Below are positions 37,294-47,291 of a stretch of DNA of 64,000 nucleotides, piece by piece (the first letter of the stretch is position 1; each line of letters begins with the position of its first letter). Made by a program: the position numbers and the translations under genes. The notes beneath the pieces were generated by a model that was given only the letters and a program-made list of their open reading frames with translations, did not search any database and had not been told where the DNA came from. This DNA comes from a virus. Where the stretch lies: positions 435 through 64,434 of IMG/VR virus record IMGVR_UViG_3300027895_000070; one strand, given 5' to 3'.

Positions 37294-39168
37294 ATGCTGA
37301 TTCAATCCGGGAAACCCGTAGGCATCTACGCTGATTTCTGGGTATCTCCCAGTGGCAACGATCTATGGTCCGGCAGCGCATCAAGCCCTTGGCTTACGCC
37401 GTCTCACGCCGCCAGCTTTGTTGCCTCCCTCGGCAGGACGCAGGCGACCATCGGACTTCGCGGCGGGAGCTACTATCTGCCATCGGCTTTGGCTTTGACG
37501 AGTTTGCATAACGGCATCAATTGGGTAGGCAATCCTGGCGAAACCCCGATCCTTTCCGGCGGTCAAGTCGTGCCAGGATGGTCGCTATCGAGCGGATCGA
37601 TTTACGTCGCGTCCTTCGCGGCCAGCCTCGGCAAGCCCCGCGTTCTGTGGGATAGCCTCGGCAACCGATATTCCCGCTCCTCCACGACGATCAGCACCAG
37701 CGGGTGGGCGGCGACAAGTACGGGGTACACCGGGACAGTCCCGACCTACGCGAAACCGAGCGAGTTGGAATTCGTCGTCAACTATCAACCGCAAGCCGGT
37801 TGGTTTATCTCGCGGCTGGGCGTGACATCGATCAGCGGATCGACGATCACGATGCCGACTACGGCATACGGGAATTTGAAGGCGTGGATCGGACTACTGG
37901 GGTACAACTCGTTTCCCACGACGATTGAGAACGCGACGGAAATATTCACGGCCAACAATGCGGCGGGAACATTCTGGCAGGACACCACAAACAACCTGCT
38001 TTACCTCATCCCGGCAGCAGGCGTGACTGGTGCTCAAATCACCGGCGGAAGCGTGAAGATCATCGCCGGTCTGTTGAATCAGGTGATGACCGCCAACGGG
38101 CTTCAGAATTCCACGATCGCCGGAATCACCTTTTCGCATACGACCGCGCCGGAACCCGCCAGCACATCGGGATATGTTGGAATCGGCGGAGACTCCTATT
38201 GGACGGGCGGCGCGATTAGCAGCAACGCGGCGTTCTATCTCCCGAACAGCGGCCAAAAAAAGACGACGGCGGCAGTTCAATTGACGGGGTGCGATAACAT
38301 CGTCTTCAATAACAACACGGGCATCCATCTGGGTACGGCGGGCGCGGCGTTCGACGGAGCGGGAAACAATCTGGATATCTTCGCCAACGTTTTTGAGGAT
38401 GTTTCCGGCGAAGGCGTCTTCATCGGCGATCCGACGCAACAGACGCATGCCCTGACGATCCACAACGTCAATTTTCATTCCAACGTCGTGCATGATGTGG
38501 GCAAAGAGTTTTTCGACGCATCGGGCGTCCACCAGTATTGCGGCGACAACATCAGCATCAGCAACAACGAAGTTTACAACATTCCCTATCACGGGATTTC
38601 AGCTGGGCAGGCAGGTGGCTACAACTCAGTCATCACCTCGCCGGGATGGTTATATGGAGACGCGAATCGCAACATCAGCATCAACAGCAATCTAGTCTAT
38701 AACGTCGTCCTGCGGATGAATGACGGCGGCGGCATCTACCTGAACACAAACAACGCCGGCTCAGCGGTCAACGGCAACTACGTTTACAACGTGAACCCGA
38801 ACGCGGTGGGCTCGTTCACCCCCGCCTATTACCTCGACGATGGGGCGAGCGGCATCACATTGACAAACAACGTTGCGGCTCTCGTGGGGGGAATCTGGTG
38901 TTGTCAGATCAATGATAATGTGGGGCCGAACACGTTCAACGGCTTCATTACGGACTGGAATGGCGTGGTGACGAATCCCTACGGCAATGTGAATGGAACC
39001 GACACGCTGATGCATGTCACCCAGTCGAGCGGGAGCATTTGGAACGCGTTCTGGACGGCGAACGTCTACCAGAATATTTCGCAAGTCCGGACCGCAGCGG
39101 CGCAAGCTGCCGGCCTCGCGTTGAATGCCGGATTGGAACCACAATTTTCAGGATTGAAGGCCGCATAA
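37294..39168 (+). CDS. Right-handed parallel beta-helix (pectin lyase-like) protein
   Basis: WVSPSGNDLWSGS...LRGGSYYL N-terminus; repeated ISNNEVYN/INSNLVYN/VNGNYVYN stacks; DGGGIY. Confidence 0.85.
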   Translation: MLIQSGKPVGIYADFWVSPSGNDLWSGSASSPWLTPSHAASFVASLGRTQATIGLRGGSYYLPSALALTSLHNGINWVGNPGETPILSGGQVVPGWSLSSGSIYVASFAASLGKPRVLWDSLGNRYSRSSTTISTSGWAATSTGYTGTVPTYAKPSELEFVVNYQPQAGWFISRLGVTSISGSTITMPTTAYGNLKAWIGLLGYNSFPTTIENATEIFTANNAAGTFWQDTTNNLLYLIPAAGVTGAQITGGSVKIIAGLLNQVMTANGLQNSTIAGITFSHTTAPEPASTSGYVGIGGDSYWTGGAISSNAAFYLPNSGQKKTTAAVQLTGCDNIVFNNNTGIHLGTAGAAFDGAGNNLDIFANVFEDVSGEGVFIGDPTQQTHALTIHNVNFHSNVVHDVGKEFFDASGVHQYCGDNISISNNEVYNIPYHGISAGQAGGYNSVITSPGWLYGDANRNISINSNLVYNVVLRMNDGGGIYLNTNNAGSAVNGNYVYNVNPNAVGSFTPAYYLDDGASGITLTNNVAALVGGIWCCQINDNVGPNTFNGFITDWNGVVTNPYGNVNGTDTLMHVTQSSGSIWNAFWTANVYQNISQVRTAAAQAAGLALNAGLEPQFSGLKAA

Positions 39169-40869
39169 ATGGCAGCTTATGAGTCCTATGTAACTTCGCT
39201 GGGTCCGCCGATCCGAAATTATCGGCTCAGCGAAACCACGGGAACAACTGGCGCAAGCTCCATCGTCAATAGTGGTTCGGACGGCACGAGCAAGAATGGG
39301 ACTCCGATAGTTGCCGTCACGAGCGTTGCCGGGCCGCTCCAAGATGGCGACACAACGACCGCTCAGGTTTTTAATGGGACAACTCAGGCGATTAGCGCCG
39401 GAGCGATAGCGACTGCCAGCGCCGCCAGCTTAACCCTGAATTGCTGGGTGAAGTTCGGTGCGACCTCCCAATTTGCGATGCTCTTCGGAAACGCGCTTCC
39501 GTCAAGCGGCGGGGGTGCTGGGTTCTGGCAACAAAATGCCGCGTTCAACGGGGCCGGGACACACGTCTATCTATATACCAGCAGCACGTTAAGCGCTGGC
39601 TGGGCTGTGCCGGATACGACCAACTGGCACATGCTGACGGCGGTATTCAACGCCAGCGGCTATAGCTTTTATGCGGATGGCGCGCTGGTCACGAGCGGCG
39701 CATTTTCCTATCTCGCGGCGACCGGACAATCAATCATCATCGGCAACGCATCTGCCGCAGTTATTGCTGCCGTCACCGCGACACAGTTTTTCAATGGCGA
39801 TCTCGGCAACTGCGAAATCTACAATGGCGTGGCGCTCACCGCGTTGCAGGTTCAGAACTTATTCGATTACGGGAATGGAACACTAACTCCGACTCCGCCG
39901 TCCGCCCCGACAATCACGATTAATACAACGGCAGGGAACGATACAGTTTATGCAACCGCTCCAACGGCGGGAGCATTTCCGGTCGGTGGACAAGTCCTGT
40001 TTCAATCAATCAACGGTGCTTCGTATAGCGCCATTCAAACGGTCGCCACAACGGGGACGGTCGTTTATTCCGGCGTAGCAACGGCCAGAGCTGGCGGGCG
40101 CGATCAGTTTTATTCTGAGGCATATGACACGGAAAGTCCGGCGAATTTTGGATCGGCGTCGAATATCGTCTTCAGTGCCACGGCCTCGGTTGCGAATTCT
40201 GGGGGCGTTACCAATGTCGTGCTTCCTCCGATTGTCTATGGCTCAGCATATTCCGGAGACGCATCGCAAATCACGGTTCAAGTCACGCAGCCGAGCAATG
40301 GCGCGGTGCTCTATGGGACATACAACGGATCGAGCATTGCAGGAGCAGGCGCGACGACGGTCACGGAGCAAGCATCTGGAAGCGGTATTTATGGCGTCAC
40401 CGTTCCGATTTACAATTCGTGGGGCAATGTCATCATCACAGTTACGGGGCCGGCTGGAACAACGCCGCAATCATTCTCGACGAGTGCCGCTACGGCCTCG
40501 GGAGGCGGAATGACTCTAACCCCATTTGATTTGACGCCGACAGTAAGCTCCACGGCCTCCAACACGTCCGATATTGGCGCTCCGCTCACCAACAACAGCG
40601 GAACGATGCGGCTTACGGTTCTGGGCGTGTCCAACGGCACGATGTCTTGGACAATGCACTGCCGAGGCAAGGCCGGAGACATCGGAATAGTCGCGGCATC
40701 CAGCGTATCCTCGCGAACAACCGACGGTCAGACATTTCCCAACGGGATGCCTCCGAGCGGATCGGCGAATTATCAATTGCAGGGATTGCCGACGGGCTAC
40801 GCCTACTATTTCACGATTACGACAAGCAACGCATCGAGCGCGGCTTGCGAGCTATTCGGTGTGACGTGA
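39169..40869 (+). CDS. LamG-like jellyroll domain protein (virion-associated candidate)
   Basis: YRLSETTGT, TLNCWV, WHMLTAVF, FYADG and FFNGDLGNCEIYNGVALTA. Confidence 0.8.
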   Translation: MAAYESYVTSLGPPIRNYRLSETTGTTGASSIVNSGSDGTSKNGTPIVAVTSVAGPLQDGDTTTAQVFNGTTQAISAGAIATASAASLTLNCWVKFGATSQFAMLFGNALPSSGGGAGFWQQNAAFNGAGTHVYLYTSSTLSAGWAVPDTTNWHMLTAVFNASGYSFYADGALVTSGAFSYLAATGQSIIIGNASAAVIAAVTATQFFNGDLGNCEIYNGVALTALQVQNLFDYGNGTLTPTPPSAPTITINTTAGNDTVYATAPTAGAFPVGGQVLFQSINGASYSAIQTVATTGTVVYSGVATARAGGRDQFYSEAYDTESPANFGSASNIVFSATASVANSGGVTNVVLPPIVYGSAYSGDASQITVQVTQPSNGAVLYGTYNGSSIAGAGATTVTEQASGSGIYGVTVPIYNSWGNVIITVTGPAGTTPQSFSTSAATASGGGMTLTPFDLTPTVSSTASNTSDIGAPLTNNSGTMRLTVLGVSNGTMSWTMHCRGKAGDIGIVAASSVSSRTTDGQTFPNGMPPSGSANYQLQGLPTGYAYYFTITTSNASSAACELFGVT

Positions 40870-40870
40870 T

Positions 40871-41674
40871 ATGCCGACGATTTCCATCCCACTTTCCGGC
40901 GGAAGCCCCACCGCCGTTACGCTACTCAGCTTGCAGGATATTTTCGGTAATATTCCGTCCGGCGTCACGTTCCCAAGTTCTTTCACGCTGACGGGCGGTT
41001 CCTGGCAGTTTACGTTTGCTGGAAACAGCGCGACGTATAATTTCACGTACTCGGTCACAAACGCATCGCAGACCATCGGCCCATTCGCCGGGACGATTAC
41101 GCAGAACGCGGGATATCAGGGCAGGTACATCAATTCCACGTTGCTCACGACGTATCTGGGCAGCGTGAACGTGCAAATCCAAAGCGACGCGGACAGTACT
41201 GGCCAGCAGAATTCGCAGGCCATCCAGCAGTGCATCATGGCGGCGGAGGACGAATGCGACTCCACGGTATCGAACAGTCCAACCGGCCTGCAAGTGCCGA
41301 TTTCCTTCGGAACGAACCCGATTAACGCGAGCTTGCAATTGGCTCTTTATCAACTCGCGGGAACGGACCTCTACGATAAGCGGTTGCTCAGCAGCACGAC
41401 CAAGAAAATGCCGCCATGGGGAGATTTTCGGAAGCGGGCCGGCGACTGGCTCAAGATGGTCTGGTACGGAGATAGAATTCTGACAGGAGCCGTTTATAAT
41501 CCTCCGCAGACCGCACCGACCGGAGCGATTCAGACGGTCAACGCGGCTTCGCTGCCGATTGTCCCCAACGGCGCGAGTCCATGGCTTTCGTGGTGGCCGT
41601 ACTATGGTTTCTGGGGAGCATATGGGTGCGGGAATTCTTACTTTGGATGGGGGTATAGCTGGTTTAACGGGTAA
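40871..41674 (+). CDS. Head-tail adaptor-like protein (DUF1320/Mu gp36-like C-terminal domain)
   Basis: IQQCIMAAEDECDST...VPI...QLAGTDLY...KRAGDWLKMV pattern. Confidence 0.55.
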   Translation: MPTISIPLSGGSPTAVTLLSLQDIFGNIPSGVTFPSSFTLTGGSWQFTFAGNSATYNFTYSVTNASQTIGPFAGTITQNAGYQGRYINSTLLTTYLGSVNVQIQSDADSTGQQNSQAIQQCIMAAEDECDSTVSNSPTGLQVPISFGTNPINASLQLALYQLAGTDLYDKRLLSSTTKKMPPWGDFRKRAGDWLKMVWYGDRILTGAVYNPPQTAPTGAIQTVNAASLPIVPNGASPWLSWWPYYGFWGAYGCGNSYFGWGYSWFNG

Positions 41675-41726
41675 CGTTACTAGAGATATTATAAAGCGAA
41701 AAACTTGGCCACACATTTGAGATAAA

Positions 41727-42284
41727 ATGATAGGCGACGAACAAAATAAAACGCTGACTCGTGAAGAGCTTTTGGAACTCACCAATCGCGAGCGAGAGCT
41801 TAACCGAGAACTTTCTCCGGACGAGATAAAAGAGTTCCGCTTGGAGCGGCGAGCGGCATTGCAAGCCGCTTTTCTGGCTGCATATCGGCAGAGTGGCGTT
41901 ATCAGAACGGCTAGCGAGGCCGCCGGGGTTTCCCGCAAAGCTGCTCGATATTGGAAGGACGTTGATCCAACTTGGGCCGAACGCTTCGCCGAGGCGAACG
42001 AAGAGGCCATTGAGCGGTGGGAGGAAGAGGCGGTTCGTCGCGCGGTGGAAGGCGTGTGGAAATACAAATTCCACAAGGGGCAAATGATTATGATCCCCGA
42101 AAATCCAGACGATCCGAATAGCAAAATGGTTCCATATCGAGAACATGAATTCAGCGACAATCTTCTGATGTTCAAATTGAAAGCGGCGCGCCCGGAAAAA
42201 TATCGGGACAATTTGGACGTGACGACCGGCGGACAGCCGATCACAGTGAAGATTCTCCAAAATGTCAGCATGAGCGATCTGTGA
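41727..42284 (+). CDS. terS: Terminase small subunit
   Basis: HTH QAAFLAAYRQSGVIRTASEAAGVSR, EEEAVRRAVEG, SDNLLMFKLKA; overlaps terL by 4 bp. Confidence 0.75.
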   Translation: MIGDEQNKTLTREELLELTNRERELNRELSPDEIKEFRLERRAALQAAFLAAYRQSGVIRTASEAAGVSRKAARYWKDVDPTWAERFAEANEEAIERWEEEAVRRAVEGVWKYKFHKGQMIMIPENPDDPNSKMVPYREHEFSDNLLMFKLKAARPEKYRDNLDVTTGGQPITVKILQNVSMSDL

Positions 42285-44464
42285 ACGAGTATGTGATCGC
42301 GGAATTGAAATCTGGACAAGAGGGCGGATTCTCTCCACGCGGTGCGGCAAGGGAACTTTGGAAGACAAGAGATTTTGAAACGATTGTCTCTGGCCCTGCC
42401 GAATGTATCGCGGGGGAAACGATAATCGACGATCCGGTTAGCGGTATCGGTACAAGAATTGACAAGTTATGCCGCCTTGGAAAGAGGCCCATCGTGCAAA
42501 CGATGGATGGTCCTGTTTTGGCGGAAGTTCCGTTTCTGAAGGGACGCGATAGAATTTTCAGAGTTCGGTTTAATGATGGAACTGATTTTTGCGGAACACG
42601 ACAGCACTTCATTTTGACTGAGCTTGGCTGGCGGGGCGTCGGATCGCTGCAAGTTGGCGACCGCGTTCCCTCATCTTCTCGATCCCAGCGGGGGTGTGGC
42701 GAGGTTTTTTGCCAGCCAAAGTTTTCGCGAGGTGGCTCGCATTGTTTGCAAACAGTTGAAGATTGCTCGGATCGTTGTTTGAACAGTTATCGTCAAGATG
42801 ATGAACAACCTCTGTCGGGAGTAATCGGCGTCCAAGTTGTTTCTCCATCACAATCCGATGTTCGCGTACAAGCCCGTGACTGTCCGCATCCGGATGATCC
42901 GGAATCCAGAGTAAAACGTATCCGCTTTTGTCGATTCGGCGTCCGCCCTTCCAGCGAGCGTTTCCAGAACCAGAATTGGAATGTGGGACGTATCGAATAT
43001 TCTGAGAAATCAAAAACGCCTTCACATGCCGCTTGTTTGTACCAATTGCCCTCGCCATCGCGGACAGTGAAGTGCCGGTTTTGGCAAGGGTCCTCATGGG
43101 AAAATTCCGATTTGGTCCAGTGGAAACTTGTCGATTCGATAGAATTTGATCGGATAGATGACTTCTATGATTTGCGTGTTCCGGACAGCGAACACTACTC
43201 GGCACATGGCGTCTGGCATCACAATACGGGCAAAACATGGGGATGTCTGCAATACGCCGATGCCTTGCTTTGGAAATATCCGAACGCTCAAGGCGTCATG
43301 TGCCGAAAGGTATATTCGACGCTCGTGGGGACGGCGATACAAACCCTTAAAAGAATTTTGGGGCCAGATACGCCGGTTAAAACATACGGCGGCGAACATC
43401 CGCAGTGGTTCGATTACCCGAATGGTTCTCGGCTTTGGTTGGCAGGAATGGACAATCCCGGTAAGGCTCTTTCCAGTGAGCGGGATTTTGTTTACATCAA
43501 TCAGGCCGAAGAGCTTTCACTGAACGACTTTGAAATCCTGCTGACCCGTACAACGGGTCGCGGCGCGGTGATGCCTTATACGCGGGTCTTTGGCGACTGC
43601 AATCCCGGTCCTCCGCAGCATTGGCTAAAGCAGCGTTCGATATCCGGGCCGCTAAAGATGCTGGATTCGCATCACCGCGATAATCCGACGCTCTTCACGG
43701 AATCGGGAGAAATAACCCAGCAGGGCAAGCGGACGATGGGCATTTTGTCCAGCTTGACTGGCGCGAGAAGGCTTCGTTTATTGGAGGGAAAATGGTCGCA
43801 AGCGGAAGGATTGGTTTACGAGGGATTTGACGCCGAGAAGCACGTCATAACCCGAAAGAAATTTTCAGAAGTCTCGGTTCGACGATATGTATTCGGTATA
43901 GATTGGGGATATACGAATCCCGGAATCATTCAGGTGTGGGGGATCGACGGAGACGGCAGGGCTTATCTTACAAAGGAAATATTCCGCTCCAAGCGTACGC
44001 TCGATTGGTGGATTCTCAGGGCGAAGGAGTTGAATCAAGAATACCGTCCCGAACTCGTCGTATGCGATCCCGCCGAACCGGCGAACATCGAGGCGTTCTA
44101 TAATGCAAAGCTTCCCGTGATTGCGGGATTCAACGATATCTCGCCCGGCATTCAATGTGTGGCTCAGCGGCTTAAAGACGCGGGCGACAAAAAACCTCGA
44201 TTGTTCATGGTCGAGGACGCGAGAGAAGAAATTGACGAGGCATTGGTTGAGATGAAATTTCCAACCAGCACACGGGAAGAAATGGACGCCTACTCTTGGC
44301 CGAAGAGCGCTGATGGAAAGCCGATTAAAGAAGTCCCTATAGACAAAGACAACCATGGATGCGATGCAATGAGATATGTCATGGCCCAACTCGATGGATT
44401 GAACGGACGAATCGTTCAATTTGAAAGTGACTTTGACAGTTATATCGCGACGGCGAGAGGATAA
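42281..44464 (+). CDS. terL: Terminase large subunit, intein-containing
   Basis: Walker A GPAE|TGKT split by an intein; YINQAEE, GDCNP, GIDWG and HGCDAMRY nuclease motifs. Confidence 0.92.
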   Translation: MNEYVIAELKSGQEGGFSPRGAARELWKTRDFETIVSGPAECIAGETIIDDPVSGIGTRIDKLCRLGKRPIVQTMDGPVLAEVPFLKGRDRIFRVRFNDGTDFCGTRQHFILTELGWRGVGSLQVGDRVPSSSRSQRGCGEVFCQPKFSRGGSHCLQTVEDCSDRCLNSYRQDDEQPLSGVIGVQVVSPSQSDVRVQARDCPHPDDPESRVKRIRFCRFGVRPSSERFQNQNWNVGRIEYSEKSKTPSHAACLYQLPSPSRTVKCRFWQGSSWENSDLVQWKLVDSIEFDRIDDFYDLRVPDSEHYSAHGVWHHNTGKTWGCLQYADALLWKYPNAQGVMCRKVYSTLVGTAIQTLKRILGPDTPVKTYGGEHPQWFDYPNGSRLWLAGMDNPGKALSSERDFVYINQAEELSLNDFEILLTRTTGRGAVMPYTRVFGDCNPGPPQHWLKQRSISGPLKMLDSHHRDNPTLFTESGEITQQGKRTMGILSSLTGARRLRLLEGKWSQAEGLVYEGFDAEKHVITRKKFSEVSVRRYVFGIDWGYTNPGIIQVWGIDGDGRAYLTKEIFRSKRTLDWWILRAKELNQEYRPELVVCDPAEPANIEAFYNAKLPVIAGFNDISPGIQCVAQRLKDAGDKKPRLFMVEDAREEIDEALVEMKFPTSTREEMDAYSWPKSADGKPIKEVPIDKDNHGCDAMRYVMAQLDGLNGRIVQFESDFDSYIATARG
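42404..43225 (+). mobile_element. Intein (274 aa) in the terminase Walker A
   Basis: Starts CIAGET (block A); GTRQHFILTELGW (block B); FYDLRVPDSEHYSAHGVWHHN (blocks F/G); +1 residue Thr. Confidence 0.9.
42609..43097 (-). CDS. HNH homing endonuclease encoded antisense inside the intein
   Basis: N-terminal HTH, GNARWKGG, GYVLLW..DHP, REHRIVME..LGR.L...EVVHHLD...NND..NL (HNH_3 pattern). Confidence 0.85.
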   Translation of the reverse strand: MRTLAKTGTSLSAMARAIGTNKRHVKAFLISQNIRYVPHSNSGSGNARWKGGRRIDKSGYVLLWIPDHPDADSHGLVREHRIVMEKQLGRRLLPTEVVHHLDDNCSNNDPSNLQLFANNASHLAKTLAGKKPRHTPAGIEKMRERGRQLAAIRRPASQAQSK

Positions 44465-46071
44465 TGTCTCAATTCCCCGGCCCAGGCATCGGTTGCGTCG
44501 ATCAGTTCTTCGGCGGATGGGCGTTATGGCCCGGACTCGCGCCGTGGGGCGGTCCCTATACCGCTCTGACGATGGATCAAAAGGACCAGCCGGAACTCGG
44601 CAAGGTCAAGCCGAAAGACGCGACGGATCGGAATCAGCTTTCGTATTCCCCGAATTCCACTGGCGGATTGGGATACGGCGTATTTGGAGATATCGGGCAG
44701 GCGTCGGGCTACGATCCGAGTCCGCCCAGCAGTCCAGGTTTGTTCTGGTGGATTCGCAAAGACCCGATGGTGGTGATCGCATTCGGCGCAACGACCAAGC
44801 CGCTGAGCGGTGGAACTCGATCCGTTGAGATAGTCGATGATCGTGGCAACCCCGATCTGGCCAAGGAAATGAAAGAGTCGGCGGAAAAGGATTTGCTGCC
44901 GGTCATGGCGACCGGCTTGATTGCGGCTTGCGAGTGCCTGAATTTCGGCTTGTGGCTGCAAGAGGTGGTTTGGGACAAAAATAAAGAGGGGCGTATTGCT
45001 CCAGTCACCTTGGATTCCGTGCTGCCGGGCGAGGCCGTTTTGCATTGCGATCCACATCGCCACTTCGCGGGATTTGAGATTAACAATCAGTTTCGCGATA
45101 AGCGTTACGCTTGGCACTCCGTCAACCAGCCGCACATTCATCCGGTGCTCGGATATGCCCGGTTAGAGGCCGTGAAGTATCCGTGGTGGGGGAAACTCAA
45201 CACCAATCTCAACGCGAACAAGATCGAGGGAAAAGCCAGCGGCATCCAAATGCTTTTGGGTGTGCCGATGGGAAAGAGTTTCACGGATAGTTGGATCGAT
45301 TCGGCTGGCGTTCAACAATCGCGGGAAATTTGGCCAGCCGAACTTTGCCAACGAATGGTGAATCTCGGAGTGACGGGGGCGAGCGCGACCTATCCCCTCT
45401 ACGCCTTTAAGCAAGGGGATATCGCGGCAAATCCGGAGCTTGCGACAGTTCCGGGCATGAAGATAGACCGCTTCGATTGGGGCAACCAAGGTCCGATGCT
45501 GGAAGCGGAAAGAAGCCGTCTCGATCATTTGGACCAGCAGATCATGTATGCCTACGGGCGACCTCCCCGCGAGTCCACGGAAGGGCAGCACGGGACGAAG
45601 GCGGAGGCGGAATCGCACGCGGAGAACATCGGCATCCGAGACAGTGAAACCGTGCATCAGGAGCGATGCGATGAGTATTGGAATCAGGTTGGAATGGTCT
45701 GGCGTCGGGCAAATTACGGCGACGATGATAAGACGCCGGTATTGAGGATTGAAGCCGCGCCGCTGGCGGATGAACAGCAATCGTTCTTGCAAGAGGCGGT
45801 TATTTCCCTGCTTACGGATCGGATGACCGGGCCTGAATTTCTGGACCATATCGGGCAGCGGGATTTGCTTGGGAAGGTTGAAATGCCGATGGTCGATGAG
45901 GAGACGGCGAAAAAGAACAAGGCGGCTCGGATCGCTCAGCAGCAAAGCCAGAATCCACCCGGCGGTTCAGGCGATGTGCCTCCAAATGGCGACAATCCCG
46001 ATGTTGACCTGAACTCCATCCGCGCCCGTCTCAAAAAGCGTGCTGGGGTGAATGGAAATGGGCAGCATTAA
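44464..46071 (+). CDS. Portal protein (DUF935/Mu gp29-like)
   Basis: 535 aa directly after terL; FGLWLQEVVW and GTKAEAESH segments. Confidence 0.75.
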   Translation: MSQFPGPGIGCVDQFFGGWALWPGLAPWGGPYTALTMDQKDQPELGKVKPKDATDRNQLSYSPNSTGGLGYGVFGDIGQASGYDPSPPSSPGLFWWIRKDPMVVIAFGATTKPLSGGTRSVEIVDDRGNPDLAKEMKESAEKDLLPVMATGLIAACECLNFGLWLQEVVWDKNKEGRIAPVTLDSVLPGEAVLHCDPHRHFAGFEINNQFRDKRYAWHSVNQPHIHPVLGYARLEAVKYPWWGKLNTNLNANKIEGKASGIQMLLGVPMGKSFTDSWIDSAGVQQSREIWPAELCQRMVNLGVTGASATYPLYAFKQGDIAANPELATVPGMKIDRFDWGNQGPMLEAERSRLDHLDQQIMYAYGRPPRESTEGQHGTKAEAESHAENIGIRDSETVHQERCDEYWNQVGMVWRRANYGDDDKTPVLRIEAAPLADEQQSFLQEAVISLLTDRMTGPEFLDHIGQRDLLGKVEMPMVDEETAKKNKAARIAQQQSQNPPGGSGDVPPNGDNPDVDLNSIRARLKKRAGVNGNGQH

Positions 46072-46273
46072 ATGGTAAGGTATTGCCTATGACCTACGAA
46101 TATGAGCGTGGCAGAACCAATGATCCGCTGCTTCCGTTTCAAGATGATGGAAGCCGTGGATGCATTTGTCGTACCTGTGGGAAACATCCAGCCGCTTATC
46201 TCGATCAGTGTCAACAATGTCGGATGAAATCGACGCGCGAGGATGATCGAAAATTTTGCATGGAGGCAAGCAA

Positions 46274-46603
46274 GTGAAACTCCGTCCCATCCACGACTAC
46301 CTCGTTGTCCGTCCCGATGAACCCGAAAATAAAACTCCAAGCGGATTGCACCTGCCGAATCCGGCCAAGCAATCGCGGGGTGTAATTCTCGCCGCTGGTC
46401 CGGGAAATCGGCACGCAAAGACGGCTGCGGTCATTCCGATCCAAGTGAAAGCCGGGGATCGGGTCGTTTACCTCGAACATGTGGCCAAAGAAGTGGAGGT
46501 TGACGGCGAGAAATTAACCGTCATCACCGAACGCGATGTAATCGGGGTGATCGAAGGAACGGCGAGGGCTAAGAAGGCTTCGCAGGCGGTATACGCAGCA
46601 TGA
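46274..46603 (+). CDS. groES: Co-chaperonin GroES
   Basis: LRPIHDYLVV, KTPSGLHLP, VILAAGPG, VKAGDRV, EVEVDGEKL..ITERDVIGVI. Confidence 0.92.
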   Translation: MKLRPIHDYLVVRPDEPENKTPSGLHLPNPAKQSRGVILAAGPGNRHAKTAAVIPIQVKAGDRVVYLEHVAKEVEVDGEKLTVITERDVIGVIEGTARAKKASQAVYAA

Positions 46604-47028
46604 ATAACCAGATTCCCGAAACTCCCCTCATCAGTCTACCCGAAACAGAATACGAGCAAGTGCCGGCGCGCCGTCGCGGTACGAAACTGGTGATGGCATG
46701 GGTGGCGATTGATTCATCTGCGGAAAAAAACGGCGGGAAGAAAAAGGTTCTCGGTCCCCCCGGCAGTTTCAGCGGATCGGGCAATCTTGAATTTGTGGAC
46801 AATATGACGGGGCAAAAACAGATTGTCCCTGTCAACTTCCCCATCGCGAATTGTTCAAGCTTCGATGAAGCGTTTGGGGCGTTTGACGATGCGATGCAAT
46901 TACACGTCAAATTGCTCAACGCCCAGCAGCAGATGATGCAGCAGCAAGCGGTGGCGGCGCAAGCGGCACAGATGAGGAAATCGCAGATCGACAACGCAGT
47001 GCGGGGAATTGAGATCGCGAGGCGTTAA
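46600..47028 (+). CDS. Hypothetical protein
   Basis: 142 aa, coupled to both neighbours. Confidence 0.7.
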   Translation: MNNQIPETPLISLPETEYEQVPARRRGTKLVMAWVAIDSSAEKNGGKKKVLGPPGSFSGSGNLEFVDNMTGQKQIVPVNFPIANCSSFDEAFGAFDDAMQLHVKLLNAQQQMMQQQAVAAQAAQMRKSQIDNAVRGIEIARR

Positions 47029-47231
47029 TGGGATCACTTCAAGACACCTACGAAGTTGATCGGGATCACAGGTCGTTCGAGGTTTGCGTGGATGGTGTTG
47101 AGGTTCCGGCAGTCCAAGCAAATGCAAAAGAGGGATGGGCAATTATTGATTCTCAGCGACCAGATGGAACATATATTCCGAATGCCCAAAAGAAAGTTAC
47201 CGGGAAAGTAACGATTCAAAAGCGATATTGA
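47028..47231 (+). CDS. Hypothetical protein
   Basis: 67 aa, TAATG coupling. Confidence 0.55.
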   Translation: MGSLQDTYEVDRDHRSFEVCVDGVEVPAVQANAKEGWAIIDSQRPDGTYIPNAQKKVTGKVTIQKRY

Positions 47232-47291
47232 AATGGGGTTCTACGGAACGGCCATCCTCGATGATCGCCCGCTTCGAACAACGCGAACGCG

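Noticed and set aside
40922-42319. 465-aa - strand ORF
   Set aside because: Shadow of adaptor/terS genes; Ser/Arg-rich with no motifs, unlike the antisense HNH in the intein.
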